From Parcubacteria group bacterium (GTDB lineage: Bacteria > Patescibacteriota > Minisyncoccia > Phycocordibacterales > Phycocordibacteraceae), in the NCBI GenBank assembly GCA_028286825.1, contig JAQBQV010000002.1, positions 66,157 through 130,156 on the forward strand: a DNA stretch of 64,000 nucleotides, given 5' to 3'. A program made the position numbers and the translations under genes. Under the pieces are notes generated by a model, which saw only the letters and a program-made list of their open reading frames with translations, had not been told where the DNA came from and searched no databases. This document shows positions 8,932-16,931 of the stretch, in pieces. The number at the start of each line of letters is the position of its first letter. Within the stretch, counting starts at the first letter, position 1.

Positions 8932-10749
8932 ATGGAAATCCGTAATATCGCTATCATTGCGCACGTGGACCACGGGAAAACCGCGCTCACTGACGCTATT
9001 CTCAGGCAAACTGGTGCAGCGCCAGAGGGTACCACCATGGACACGAACGCGATTGAACATGAGCGCGGGATCACCATTTATGCTAAGAACGCAGCAGTTG
9101 AATACAAGGGTACTAAAATCAACATCGTCGATACCCCAGGTCACGCCGACTTCGGCAGTGAAGTCGAGCGCGTTTTGCGCTCGATCGACTCAGTGCTCCT
9201 CATTGTCGATGCGCAGGAGGGTCCGATGCCACAGACACGCTTTGTGCTCAAGAAGTCACTTGAGCTGGGCCTCAAGCCAATCGTTGTTCTCAATAAAATT
9301 GATAAACCAGCGGCAGACGCTGCACGTTCTGAAGAGCAGGTGCTCGAGCTCTTCCTCGAACTCGGTGCGTCAGACGAGCAGTCGAGCTTCCCAGTCATTT
9401 ATTCTATCGGGCGTGAGGGTCGCGCAGCGATGAATGTCGAAGACTTGAAGAACGATTCGCCAGCTGGGAAGGATCTTACACCGCTTCTCGATCTCATCCT
9501 CGACAAGGTGCCAGCGGCAAACGCAATGGCGGACGCTAGTGCACCGCTTTTGCTTCAGCCGTTTAACCTTGCCTACGACAACTTCATGGGTCGCCTCGCG
9601 GTCGGTCGTATCTACGAGGGAACTGTGCGCCCTAATCAAAATGTTTTTATAAAAAAAGTTGACCCGGTTACCGGAGAAGTACAAACGCGCACCGGCCGTA
9701 CTACCAAAGTCTTCTGTTTCAAGGGACTCGAGCGAGTAGAGGTAGAAGAAGCAAAGGCGGGGGACATCGCACTTATTGCTGGGCTACCTGATATCTACAT
9801 TGGTGAGACGGTGGCGACCGATGAGTCAGCAGCCGCGCTTCCCGCTATTGCTGTTGACGAGCCGACCATTGTGCTCAACTTCCTCGTGAACAATTCGCCT
9901 TTCGCAGGTAAAGAAGGTAAGTTTGTCACCAGCCGCCAAATTCGCGATCGACTCACGAAAGAGCTCGAGATCAACGTCGGGCTTAAGGTCGATTTTTCAA
10001 GCTCGGACTCCTTTAAAGTGTCGGGCCGTGGTGAACTCCACATTGCGATTCTCATCGAGAACATGCGCCGCGAGGGTTACGAGCTCCAGGTGTCTCAGCC
10101 GCAGGTAATCATCCGCGAGGAGAGTGGTAAAAAGCTGGAACCGTTTGAAGAGGTGATTATCGATACTCCATCCGAATTCCAGGGTGCGATTATCGAGAAG
10201 CTCGGTACGCGTGCATTCGTACTTCAAAATTTGGAGCAAAATGGCAATATCGTTCGGCTTACTCTTAAGGGCCCAACTCGTGGACTCTTGGGATACAAAA
10301 ACATGTTCGTTATTGATACAAAAGGCGAAGGTATCCTCTCCTCACGCGTGCTTGGGTTTGAGCCATATGCAGGTGAGATCAAGAAGCGTCAGGTAGGCTC
10401 GATGATCTCAATGGCGAGCGGCAAGTCGCTTGGGTATGCGCTCTGGTACCTCCAGGATCGTGGTCAGCTCTATATTAAGCCTGCTACAGAAGTGTACGAA
10501 GGGATGGTAATAGGTAACACCGCCAAGGGTGAAGAGATGATGGCTAATCCAACTAAAGGTAAGAACCAATCGAATGTCCGCTCGTCAGGTACTGACGAAG
10601 CGCTAACGCTTGTACCAATATTTGACCTTACTATTGAACGAGCCATGGAGATCATGTCAGGCGACGAGTACCTCGAAGTCACTCCGAAGTCGGTCAGACT
10701 CCGTAAGCAATACCTTACCGAAAACGATCGCGCTAAAGCACGACGATAA
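8932..10749 (+). CDS. typA: translational GTPase TypA/BipA
   Basis: G1 AHVDHGKTALTD, G3 DTPGHADF, G4 NKID; EF-G-like domains; 605 aa. Confidence 0.93.
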   Translation: MEIRNIAIIAHVDHGKTALTDAILRQTGAAPEGTTMDTNAIEHERGITIYAKNAAVEYKGTKINIVDTPGHADFGSEVERVLRSIDSVLLIVDAQEGPMPQTRFVLKKSLELGLKPIVVLNKIDKPAADAARSEEQVLELFLELGASDEQSSFPVIYSIGREGRAAMNVEDLKNDSPAGKDLTPLLDLILDKVPAANAMADASAPLLLQPFNLAYDNFMGRLAVGRIYEGTVRPNQNVFIKKVDPVTGEVQTRTGRTTKVFCFKGLERVEVEEAKAGDIALIAGLPDIYIGETVATDESAAALPAIAVDEPTIVLNFLVNNSPFAGKEGKFVTSRQIRDRLTKELEINVGLKVDFSSSDSFKVSGRGELHIAILIENMRREGYELQVSQPQVIIREESGKKLEPFEEVIIDTPSEFQGAIIEKLGTRAFVLQNLEQNGNIVRLTLKGPTRGLLGYKNMFVIDTKGEGILSSRVLGFEPYAGEIKKRQVGSMISMASGKSLGYALWYLQDRGQLYIKPATEVYEGMVIGNTAKGEEMMANPTKGKNQSNVRSSGTDEALTLVPIFDLTIERAMEIMSGDEYLEVTPKSVRLRKQYLTENDRAKARR

Positions 10750-10754
10750 TTGTA

Positions 10755-10789
10755 AAGCCCCGGAGCGAACTCCGGGGCTTGTCGTTTTT
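10755..10789 (+). terminator. rho-independent terminator
   Basis: AAGCCCCGGA-gcgaac-TCCGGGGCTT followed by GTCGTTTTT. Confidence 0.8.
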
Positions 10790-10796
10790 GACCGAG

Positions 10797-11195
10797 CTAA
10801 ATCGCCACAATTGGTCGATAGGTGTCGAGGTCTCTTGCGCTCAATGTTGAATGGTATGGGCGAGAAACGAGCGCTGCGCTCATTTCGAGCAGTGCTGCGT
10901 ACGCAGCGTCTCTTTCTTCCAGTATCAGTGTGAAAGTCTCCACCTGAGTCCTGATCTCTTCGCAAAAAATGTGCAGTTTCTGCAGGAGGGGGCGTAGCCC
11001 GGGCTGAGGAAAGTCATTGCTTTGGCTGATCCAGAACGAGCGATGCGACATCATTCTGAAGCAGAAGAGGTGGAACACCTGTTGGACGATTATTGGATTG
11101 TTTCCTTGGTCGTAGCGCAAAACTTTTCGACGAATATCGTCAACAATCGCTTTGCGTGCATTTCTGCGTGAGTCGTACTTTGATTCGGTGCTCAT
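10797..11195 (-). CDS. hypothetical protein (132 aa)
   Basis: ATG 11195 preceded by GAAAGAGG (SD). The longer ORF to 11333 would overlap the cfa start. No family recognised. Confidence 0.5.
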   Translation of the reverse strand: MSTESKYDSRRNARKAIVDDIRRKVLRYDQGNNPIIVQQVFHLFCFRMMSHRSFWISQSNDFPQPGLRPLLQKLHIFCEEIRTQVETFTLILEERDAAYAALLEMSAALVSRPYHSTLSARDLDTYRPIVAI

Positions 11196-11280
11196 GGTAC
11201 CTCTTTCGGGTTGTAGATCCACGCGGACTCTACCACGATCGTATTGCTTTGCAAGCTCGACCATGGTACATAGGGTATAT

Positions 11281-12396
11281 ATGGCTTCTGCACGAATGTT
11301 TATCGAAGGACTGCTCAAAAAAGCCGACGTCACTATTGGCGGAGATCGACCGCAAGATATTGCGGTCCACGATGATCGCTTGTATGGCAGAATAATTCGC
11401 TACGGGACACTCGGCCTCGGCGAGGCCTATATGGACGGTTGGTGGGAGGCGAACAATATCGATACATTTATCGCTTCTATCATTGGTGCGCGTTTAGAAA
11501 AAGAAGTGAAAGTAAACATTGCGTCAGCTCTCGCTGTCGCGAAAGCGTTTTTTCTTAATCTTCAGTCGAGCGCGCGAGCCTTCACTGTTGGGGAGGTGCA
11601 TTACGACCTCGGTAATGATCTCTACGAGGCAATGCTCGATACACGTATGGTCTACACGTGTGGCTATTGGAAGGACGCGACCACCCTCGACCAGGCGCAG
11701 GAGGCTAAGCTTGATTTGGTCTGCCGAAAGATTGGTTTAAAAAAGGGTGACCGCATTCTTGATATCGGTTGTGGATGGGGAAGTTTTGCAAAGTTTGCAG
11801 CTGAGAAATACGGCGCATCGGTAGTCGGCATCACTATTTCTAAGGAGCAGGCAGCGCTGGCGCGTGAGCGCTGCAAAGGACTCCCCGTCGAGATTCGCGT
11901 TCAGGACTATCGCGAAGTACACGAGAAGTTCGATCACATCATCTCTCTCGGGATGTTTGAGCACGTGGGTGTGAAGAACTACGACTCGTATTTTGAAATG
12001 GCAAATCGCTGCCTTAAGGATGACGGTATCTTCCTACTTCACACGATTGGCTACAAGTTGTCACAACTTACGAGTGACCCTTGGATCCAGAAATATATCT
12101 TTCCGGGCGGTCAGCTTCCATCAGTTGCGCAGATAGGGAAGGCAATTGAAGGTCTCTTCGTGATGGAGGACTGGCATAACTTCGGTCCCGATTACGACAA
12201 GACGCTTATGGAGTGGTTCAAGAACTTTGATGCAGCTTGGCCAACACTTAAAACAACGTACGGGGAACGCTTTTATCGAATGTGGAAGTACTACTTACTC
12301 ACCTGCGCAGGCAGTTTCCGCGCTCGCGAGATTCAGCTCTGGCAGATCGTGCTTACTAAAAACGGCATCCCGGGCGGCTACACGAGTGTGCGATGA
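11281..12396 (+). CDS. cfa: cyclopropane-fatty-acyl-phospholipid synthase family (CMAS) SAM methyltransferase
   Basis: GTLGLGEAYMDGWW, SAM motif ILDIGCGWG, C-terminal YYLLTCAGSFR. ORF track start 11152. Confidence 0.8.
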   Translation: MASARMFIEGLLKKADVTIGGDRPQDIAVHDDRLYGRIIRYGTLGLGEAYMDGWWEANNIDTFIASIIGARLEKEVKVNIASALAVAKAFFLNLQSSARAFTVGEVHYDLGNDLYEAMLDTRMVYTCGYWKDATTLDQAQEAKLDLVCRKIGLKKGDRILDIGCGWGSFAKFAAEKYGASVVGITISKEQAALARERCKGLPVEIRVQDYREVHEKFDHIISLGMFEHVGVKNYDSYFEMANRCLKDDGIFLLHTIGYKLSQLTSDPWIQKYIFPGGQLPSVAQIGKAIEGLFVMEDWHNFGPDYDKTLMEWFKNFDAAWPTLKTTYGERFYRMWKYYLLTCAGSFRAREIQLWQIVLTKNGIPGGYTSVR

Positions 12397-12434
12397 GGCG
12401 AGTCTAAGGTCGAACGACGCGTGAGGAGCTAAGG

Positions 12435-12440
12435 TATACT
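12435..12440 (+). promoter_or_regulatory. -10 box (TATACT) 6 nt upstream of smpB ATG
   Basis: taagGTATACTttccccATG; no SD. Confidence 0.5.
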
Positions 12441-12446
12441 TTCCCC

Positions 12447-12887
12447 ATGACCTTGATTGAGTATAAGAAGGCATTTCTTAAGTTTGCACCCGTTGAGAGT
12501 TTCTCCGCGGGCTTAGAGCTTTTGGGCACTGAAGTAAAGGCATTACGCGGTAAACTAGGCTCACTCGACGGCTCGCGAGTCGTTGTTCGCGGTGGGGAAG
12601 CCTATATCGTTGGGATGACGATCCCCCCATTTCAGACGGCGAACACTGATAAAGGATATGACCCCGAGCGTCCTCGCCGGCTACTCCTCACGAAGAAAGA
12701 GATTAATACGCTCTTCATTGAAGAGGCTAAGAAAGGGTTGACAATTGTTCCACTTGAGGTATATACTAGTGGTAGATTAGTGAAAGCGCGCATCGCAATT
12801 GTTCGCGGAAAGGGAAAAGAAGACCGCCGCGAAGACTTAAAGAAGCGCGATGCCGAGCGAGAGACCGAGCGTGCTCTCAAGCGGTAG
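12447..12887 (+). CDS. smpB: SsrA-binding protein SmpB
   Basis: 146 aa; AGLELLGTEVKALR, basic C-terminal tail; directly upstream of the tmRNA. Confidence 0.92.
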   Translation: MTLIEYKKAFLKFAPVESFSAGLELLGTEVKALRGKLGSLDGSRVVVRGGEAYIVGMTIPPFQTANTDKGYDPERPRRLLLTKKEINTLFIEEAKKGLTIVPLEVYTSGRLVKARIAIVRGKGKEDRREDLKKRDAERETERALKR

Positions 12888-12978
12888 CAACAAAAAATGA
12901 GAGCGCTCGGGCCGCTAGGCCAATTCAACTCTCATTTTTCGTCACTACCGCTTTCGATCAGTCGCGGAGACGACAGAA

Positions 12979-12987
12979 TGGTATTCT
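12979..12987 (+). promoter_or_regulatory. extended -10 (TGGTATTCT) for tmRNA
   Basis: Ends 9 nt upstream of the mature tmRNA 5' end. Confidence 0.45.
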
Positions 12988-12996
12988 GTATTCTCC

Positions 12997-13403
12997 GGGG
13001 GTGACCGGCTTTGACGGTCTGTACCTTGAAAGACGTGCGACGCAGTGCACGCTCGGTAACACTTAAATCTGTTCGAGCACAAATACTTGCTAAGAATACT
13101 CTTACAAGCGTGAAGTCCCCATACTTTGCTATGAAGGACTTCTCGTTCGCTTACGCGGCAGCCTAACGGCTCCTTCGCCTAAGCGACATCTAACCAGTTC
13201 GGTTCTCGTAGCGACTGGCTTAGGTGGAATCACCTACGAAATCGGCAATTGTTCTCCCGTACGTATTGCTTAAATTAGGGATCGGGTAGGAGTGGTTTCG
13301 TGAGCGTTCCTCGCACCCTACCTTAGACACTAACGCTAACTACGCGTCGTAGACTCGCTTTCAGGGCCAGATTCGGACCGGAGTTCAACTCTCCGCACCT
13401 CCA
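12997..13403 (+). ncRNA. ssrA: tmRNA (SsrA)
   Basis: 5' GGGGGTG pairs with 3' CACCTCC, including the G3:U70 alanine identity pair. T arm CGGAG-TTCAACT-CTCCG at 13379-13395. Tag ORF ends ...FAYAAA-TAA (stop 13164-13166). CCA is not encoded. Confidence 0.9.
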
Positions 13404-13420
13404 CAAAATAAAAACAAAAA

Positions 13421-13446
13421 GCCGCCTAAGGGCGGCTTTTTGTTTT
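13421..13446. terminator. bidirectional rho-independent terminator
   Basis: GCCGCC-taag-GGCGGC flanked by an A-tract upstream and TTTTTGTTTT downstream. Confidence 0.8.
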
Positions 13447-13454
13447 AGTTGTTT

Positions 13455-13775
13455 TTACTGAATTGGTTTAATCGGGTCGAACTTAGGAGTTGCTGGAGTG
13501 AAATTCATCTTCTGTACTGGAATAGCAACAGGTGCTCCTATCTCTTTCTTACTCTCAATTGTGATTGTGTTGGTATCTTTGTCGTATCGTGCTCCGCCAA
13601 GTCTCATTTCCTGTGACCCGCCCTCTGCTTTCTTTTGAGTCACGTTTGCCTGAGCTAGATCGAGACTGGCCTCAGGCGCTGCCTCAACACCACCTGCTGC
13701 GGTCGCCGCGACGACACCGGCCAGAGCCGCGCCAGTGAGGGCCTTCGGAGCTTTATTAAAGTTAAAAAATCCCAT
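13455..13775 (-). CDS. small secreted/exported hypothetical protein (106 aa)
   Basis: N-terminal Ala-rich hydrophobic segment LTGAALAGVVAATAAGGVEAAP. No family recognised. Confidence 0.5.
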   Translation of the reverse strand: MGFFNFNKAPKALTGAALAGVVAATAAGGVEAAPEASLDLAQANVTQKKAEGGSQEMRLGGARYDKDTNTITIESKKEIGAPVAIPVQKMNFTPATPKFDPIKPIQ

Positions 13776-13897
13776 AGGTAATTTCGAATTAATGGATAGA
13801 CCGCTTTCATAGAGAAGTATACAGCGGTTCGCGAGTGCGCAATGGCTGGGTGTGTACTACGTCTCTATCTATATGAACTTACGAAAAGAAGTCTAAA

Positions 13898-13906
13898 TGC
13901 TATAAT
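13898..13906 (+). promoter_or_regulatory. extended -10 (TGCTATAAT) 8 nt upstream of ftsH ATG
   Basis: aaaTGCTATAATcatcacctATG; no SD. Confidence 0.55.
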
Positions 13907-13914
13907 CATCACCT

Positions 13915-15876
13915 ATGCCATTTACTCCAACTAGAAAGCCGAGGCGAAAGACAGATCCGCCGCTGCCGCCTTCTCCCTCTAAGAATGGGTGGCGCGGACT
14001 CTTTGGTGGACCGTCCTTTTTCAGTAATCTCGTAACGACGATTTTGATTTTCTTGCTACTGATGAGCGCGTACTCGCTCGTGCAGAGCTTTATGCAGCCG
14101 AGCACTGAGATCCCACTTTCACAAGTAGCAGCAGATGTAGCTGTTGGTAGCATCAGTACCATAACAGTGAATGGTGATTCTCTCGATCTTACTTACACCG
14201 ATCAGACGGTTAAGCATTCACGCAAGGACCCATCCGCTGGACTCCCAGAAACTCTTGCTACCTACGGCGTGACGCCGGAACAGCTCGCAAAGGTTGCGAT
14301 AACCATCCAAGGCCAGTCGGGCTTTGAGTTCTGGTTCCTTACGCTTGCGCCAATACTGTTGCCGCTTCTATTCATTGCCTTTATCTTCTGGTTCCTCTCG
14401 AGACAAGTGAAAGGGGCGGGAATGCAGGCATTCACCTTTGGACAATCCAAGGCCCGCATTATCGACCCAGCAGATTCAAGTCAGCGCGTCACGTTTAAAG
14501 ACGTTGCGGGCGCGCGTGAGGCTAAAGAAGAACTCCTCGAAATTGTCGACTTCTTAAAAACACCTAAGAAGTTTCTCGACATTGGCGCGCGTATTCCAAA
14601 GGGAATTATCCTCATGGGTGCTCCCGGCACTGGTAAGACACTCCTTGCTCGGGCAGTCGCTGGCGAAGCGGGTGTGCCGTTTTTCTCAATCTCGGGCTCT
14701 GAATTCGTTGAGATGTTCGTAGGAGTCGGCGCCTCGAGAGTGCGTGACCTCTTCCAAATGGCAAAAAAAGCGGCACCGGCGATAATTTTCGTTGATGAGA
14801 TTGATGCGGTTGGTCGCGTGCGCGGGACAGGTGTAGGCGGCGGCAACGACGAGCGCGAACAGACGCTTAATCAGATTCTCGTTGAAATGGACGGCTTCGA
14901 GCCTACGGAGAAAGTGGTTGTCATGGCAGCGACGAACCGCCCGGACGTGCTTGATCCAGCGCTCCTGCGACCAGGGCGTTTCGATAGGCGAGTCACGATT
15001 GACCTCCCGGATCGTCGCGATCGCGAAGAGATCCTTAAGATCCACGCGCGAAGTAAACCACTTGGTCCTGACGTTGCGCTTTCAGTGATCGCAGAGCGCA
15101 CGCCTGGCTTCTCAGGCGCTGAGCTCTACTCGCTCATGAATGAAGGAGCGATCCTCGCAGCCCGCGAGGATAGAAAAGAGATCACCCAATACGACTTGAT
15201 CCGCTCGATCGAGAAGGTGATGCTCGGTCCCGAACGAAAAAGTCACCTACTGTCTAAAAAGGAGAAGGAACTTACGGCCTACCACGAAGCTGGTCATGCT
15301 CTAGTCTCATCAGTGCTCCCAAATGCCGATCCAGTTCATAAAATCTCTATCATTAGCCGTGGGCGCGCTGCTGGATATACGCTTAAACTACCGTTTGAAG
15401 ACAAGAAAATGCAGTCAAAGAAACAGTTCCTCGATGACATTGCTGCAACCTTGGGTGGGTACGTTGCTGAAGAAATGCTTTTCAACGACGTAACGACGGG
15501 GCCATCAAACGACCTTGTCGTGATCACGGCGCTCGCGCGAGACATGGTTTCTCGCTATGGGATGAGCGATAAACTCGGGCCTATCGCCTTTGGCGAACGA
15601 CAAATGGGCAACGAACCGTACTCTGAAAATGTGGCAATGATGATTGACGAAGAGGTCTCGCGCATTATTGAGGTAGCGAAAGAGCGTGCAAAACAAGTGA
15701 TCACTGATCATCGCGGAGCACTCGATGCAATTGCTAAAGAGCTCGTAGAGAAAGAGACTATTGAACGAACTGAGTTTGAAAAGATTTTAATCGCAAACGG
15801 TATTACGCCTAAATCACGTGAAGAGGAGGGGATTCTCATTGCTCCTACTCCTAAGGGCGACATAACGATCGGGTAA
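13915..15876 (+). CDS. ftsH: ATP-dependent zinc metalloprotease FtsH
   Basis: Two N-terminal TM segments, Walker [14 protein letters not shown], Walker B IIFVDEID, zinc site HEAGHA. Confidence 0.95.
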   Translation: MPFTPTRKPRRKTDPPLPPSPSKNGWRGLFGGPSFFSNLVTTILIFLLLMSAYSLVQSFMQPSTEIPLSQVAADVAVGSISTITVNGDSLDLTYTDQTVKHSRKDPSAGLPETLATYGVTPEQLAKVAITIQGQSGFEFWFLTLAPILLPLLFIAFIFWFLSRQVKGAGMQAFTFGQSKARIIDPADSSQRVTFKDVAGAREAKEELLEIVDFLKTPKKFLDIGARIPKGIILMGAPGTGKTLLARAVAGEAGVPFFSISGSEFVEMFVGVGASRVRDLFQMAKKAAPAIIFVDEIDAVGRVRGTGVGGGNDEREQTLNQILVEMDGFEPTEKVVVMAATNRPDVLDPALLRPGRFDRRVTIDLPDRRDREEILKIHARSKPLGPDVALSVIAERTPGFSGAELYSLMNEGAILAAREDRKEITQYDLIRSIEKVMLGPERKSHLLSKKEKELTAYHEAGHALVSSVLPNADPVHKISIISRGRAAGYTLKLPFEDKKMQSKKQFLDDIAATLGGYVAEEMLFNDVTTGPSNDLVVITALARDMVSRYGMSDKLGPIAFGERQMGNEPYSENVAMMIDEEVSRIIEVAKERAKQVITDHRGALDAIAKELVEKETIERTEFEKILIANGITPKSREEEGILIAPTPKGDITIG

Positions 15877-15901
15877 TACATTAGGGTGTACTAAAAACGG
15901 A

Positions 15902-15934
15902 ATCGCGACGCCTTATCCTCATAAGGGCCGCGAT
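15902..15934. terminator. bidirectional hairpin terminator
   Basis: ATCGCG..CCTTAT-cctc-ATAAGG..CGCGAT between convergent ftsH and 15941..16279. Confidence 0.6.
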
Positions 15935-15940
15935 CTGTTT

Positions 15941-16279
15941 CTAGTGCTGTGTTGCAGTGCTGATAACTTTGCGAACGATGGCCAAGTGCGCCGACTCGCT
16001 TTTCAACATGTCGAGCCAGAAGACCGTGGCATACTGGGCTCCGGGGTCAAGCACCCTGCATGTTAACGTCTGTCTTGCGTTGTGTGGGGTACGTATCGTT
16101 GCCTGGGTTTCGGCAATCCTCGTTCCTTGCGGACTAACGAGGACTGCGCCGTTTGCCATTTCGTAACAGGCGGTTGCCAAGGATAAGGCGATGATTCGCT
16201 TTCCCTTTTTTACGCACACCAAGCTTCCGTTTGCGAAACCCGGGTCCCTCTCGTTCACGGCTACTACTTTTTTGACCAT
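15941..16279 (-). CDS. hypothetical protein (112 aa)
   Basis: SD GGAGA 6 nt upstream of the ATG; ends at the shared hairpin. No family recognised. Confidence 0.5.
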   Translation of the reverse strand: MVKKVVAVNERDPGFANGSLVCVKKGKRIIALSLATACYEMANGAVLVSPQGTRIAETQATIRTPHNARQTLTCRVLDPGAQYATVFWLDMLKSESAHLAIVRKVISTATQH

Positions 16280-16467
16280 AGCATTCTCCGGCGTGATTTA
16301 CAGCGTTGAGAAAAGCAGTCACAAGGACTGCGTACATCAGACCGCATATTACCACTCTTCATTTATTCTTCAAGTAGGTTATGAACTCATCTGCTGTGTA
16401 TTGTGCGTCCATACTCCTGAGTCGGTGCTTTAATGACAGCAGGTGATGTTTGATACGAGGAGGTGGT

Positions 16468-16746
16468 ATGCCGTACGAAAAGCATGGTTTTGATGAGGGG
16501 AGGGAGTTGATGCCGAGCAAGGAAAGTCGACGGCGGTGGAATGCCATAAAAAACGGTGCGCACATTTGGATCATGTATCAAGATGTGTACTATCGGCCAA
16601 AAATAATAGTGGGGCGCGCAATGCGCAACGCTCACTCGTATAGGCACCACTGTCGCATCGAGGAGATCTGTATCAGCGTAGACAATCAGGGATATCTGAA
16701 TGTCATCCCGTTTGAATTCGTTTTCGCCATCGAAACTCGCGACTAG
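16468..16746 (+). CDS. hypothetical protein (92 aa); strand assignment uncertain
   Basis: ATG preceded by GAGGAGG (4-nt spacing), with a hairpin right after the stop. A 121-aa ORF on the opposite strand (16387..16752) is the alternative. Confidence 0.4.
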   Translation: MPYEKHGFDEGRELMPSKESRRRWNAIKNGAHIWIMYQDVYYRPKIIVGRAMRNAHSYRHHCRIEEICISVDNQGYLNVIPFEFVFAIETRD

Positions 16747-16775
16747 CCGCACGCCCTCTGGACGTGCGGTGTTTG
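16747..16775 (+). terminator. hairpin terminator after 16468..16746
   Basis: CCGCACG-ccctctgga-CGTGCGG followed by TGTTTG. Confidence 0.5.
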
Positions 16776-16834
16776 CATATAAAACGACCCTGCTAGAAAC
16801 CTGACAGCGATGCCTCAGCGCTAAGCTATTTTAG

Positions 16835-16908
16835 TCCATCCGCTTGGATTCGAACCAAGGACCCTCGAGGTATAAGCTCGATGCTCTAACCAACTGAGCT
16901 ACGGATGG
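16835..16908 (-). tRNA. tRNA-Ile (anticodon UAU)
   Basis: 74 nt. Acceptor CCATCCG/CGGATGG, D stem GCTC/GAGC, anticodon stem TCGAG/CTCGA, loop CTTATAC, T arm CTTGG-TTCGAAT-CCAAG. CCA not encoded. Confidence 0.85.
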
Positions 16909-16931
16909 ATATCGTTTACTGTAGCTCACCT

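Noticed and set aside
16387-16752. 121-aa minus-strand ORF plus overlapping 71-aa ORF as a frameshifted pseudogene
   Set aside because: I did not adopt it as the primary call because the plus-strand ORF has ATG, an AGGAGG SD and a terminator. The question is unresolved and is listed as a finding.
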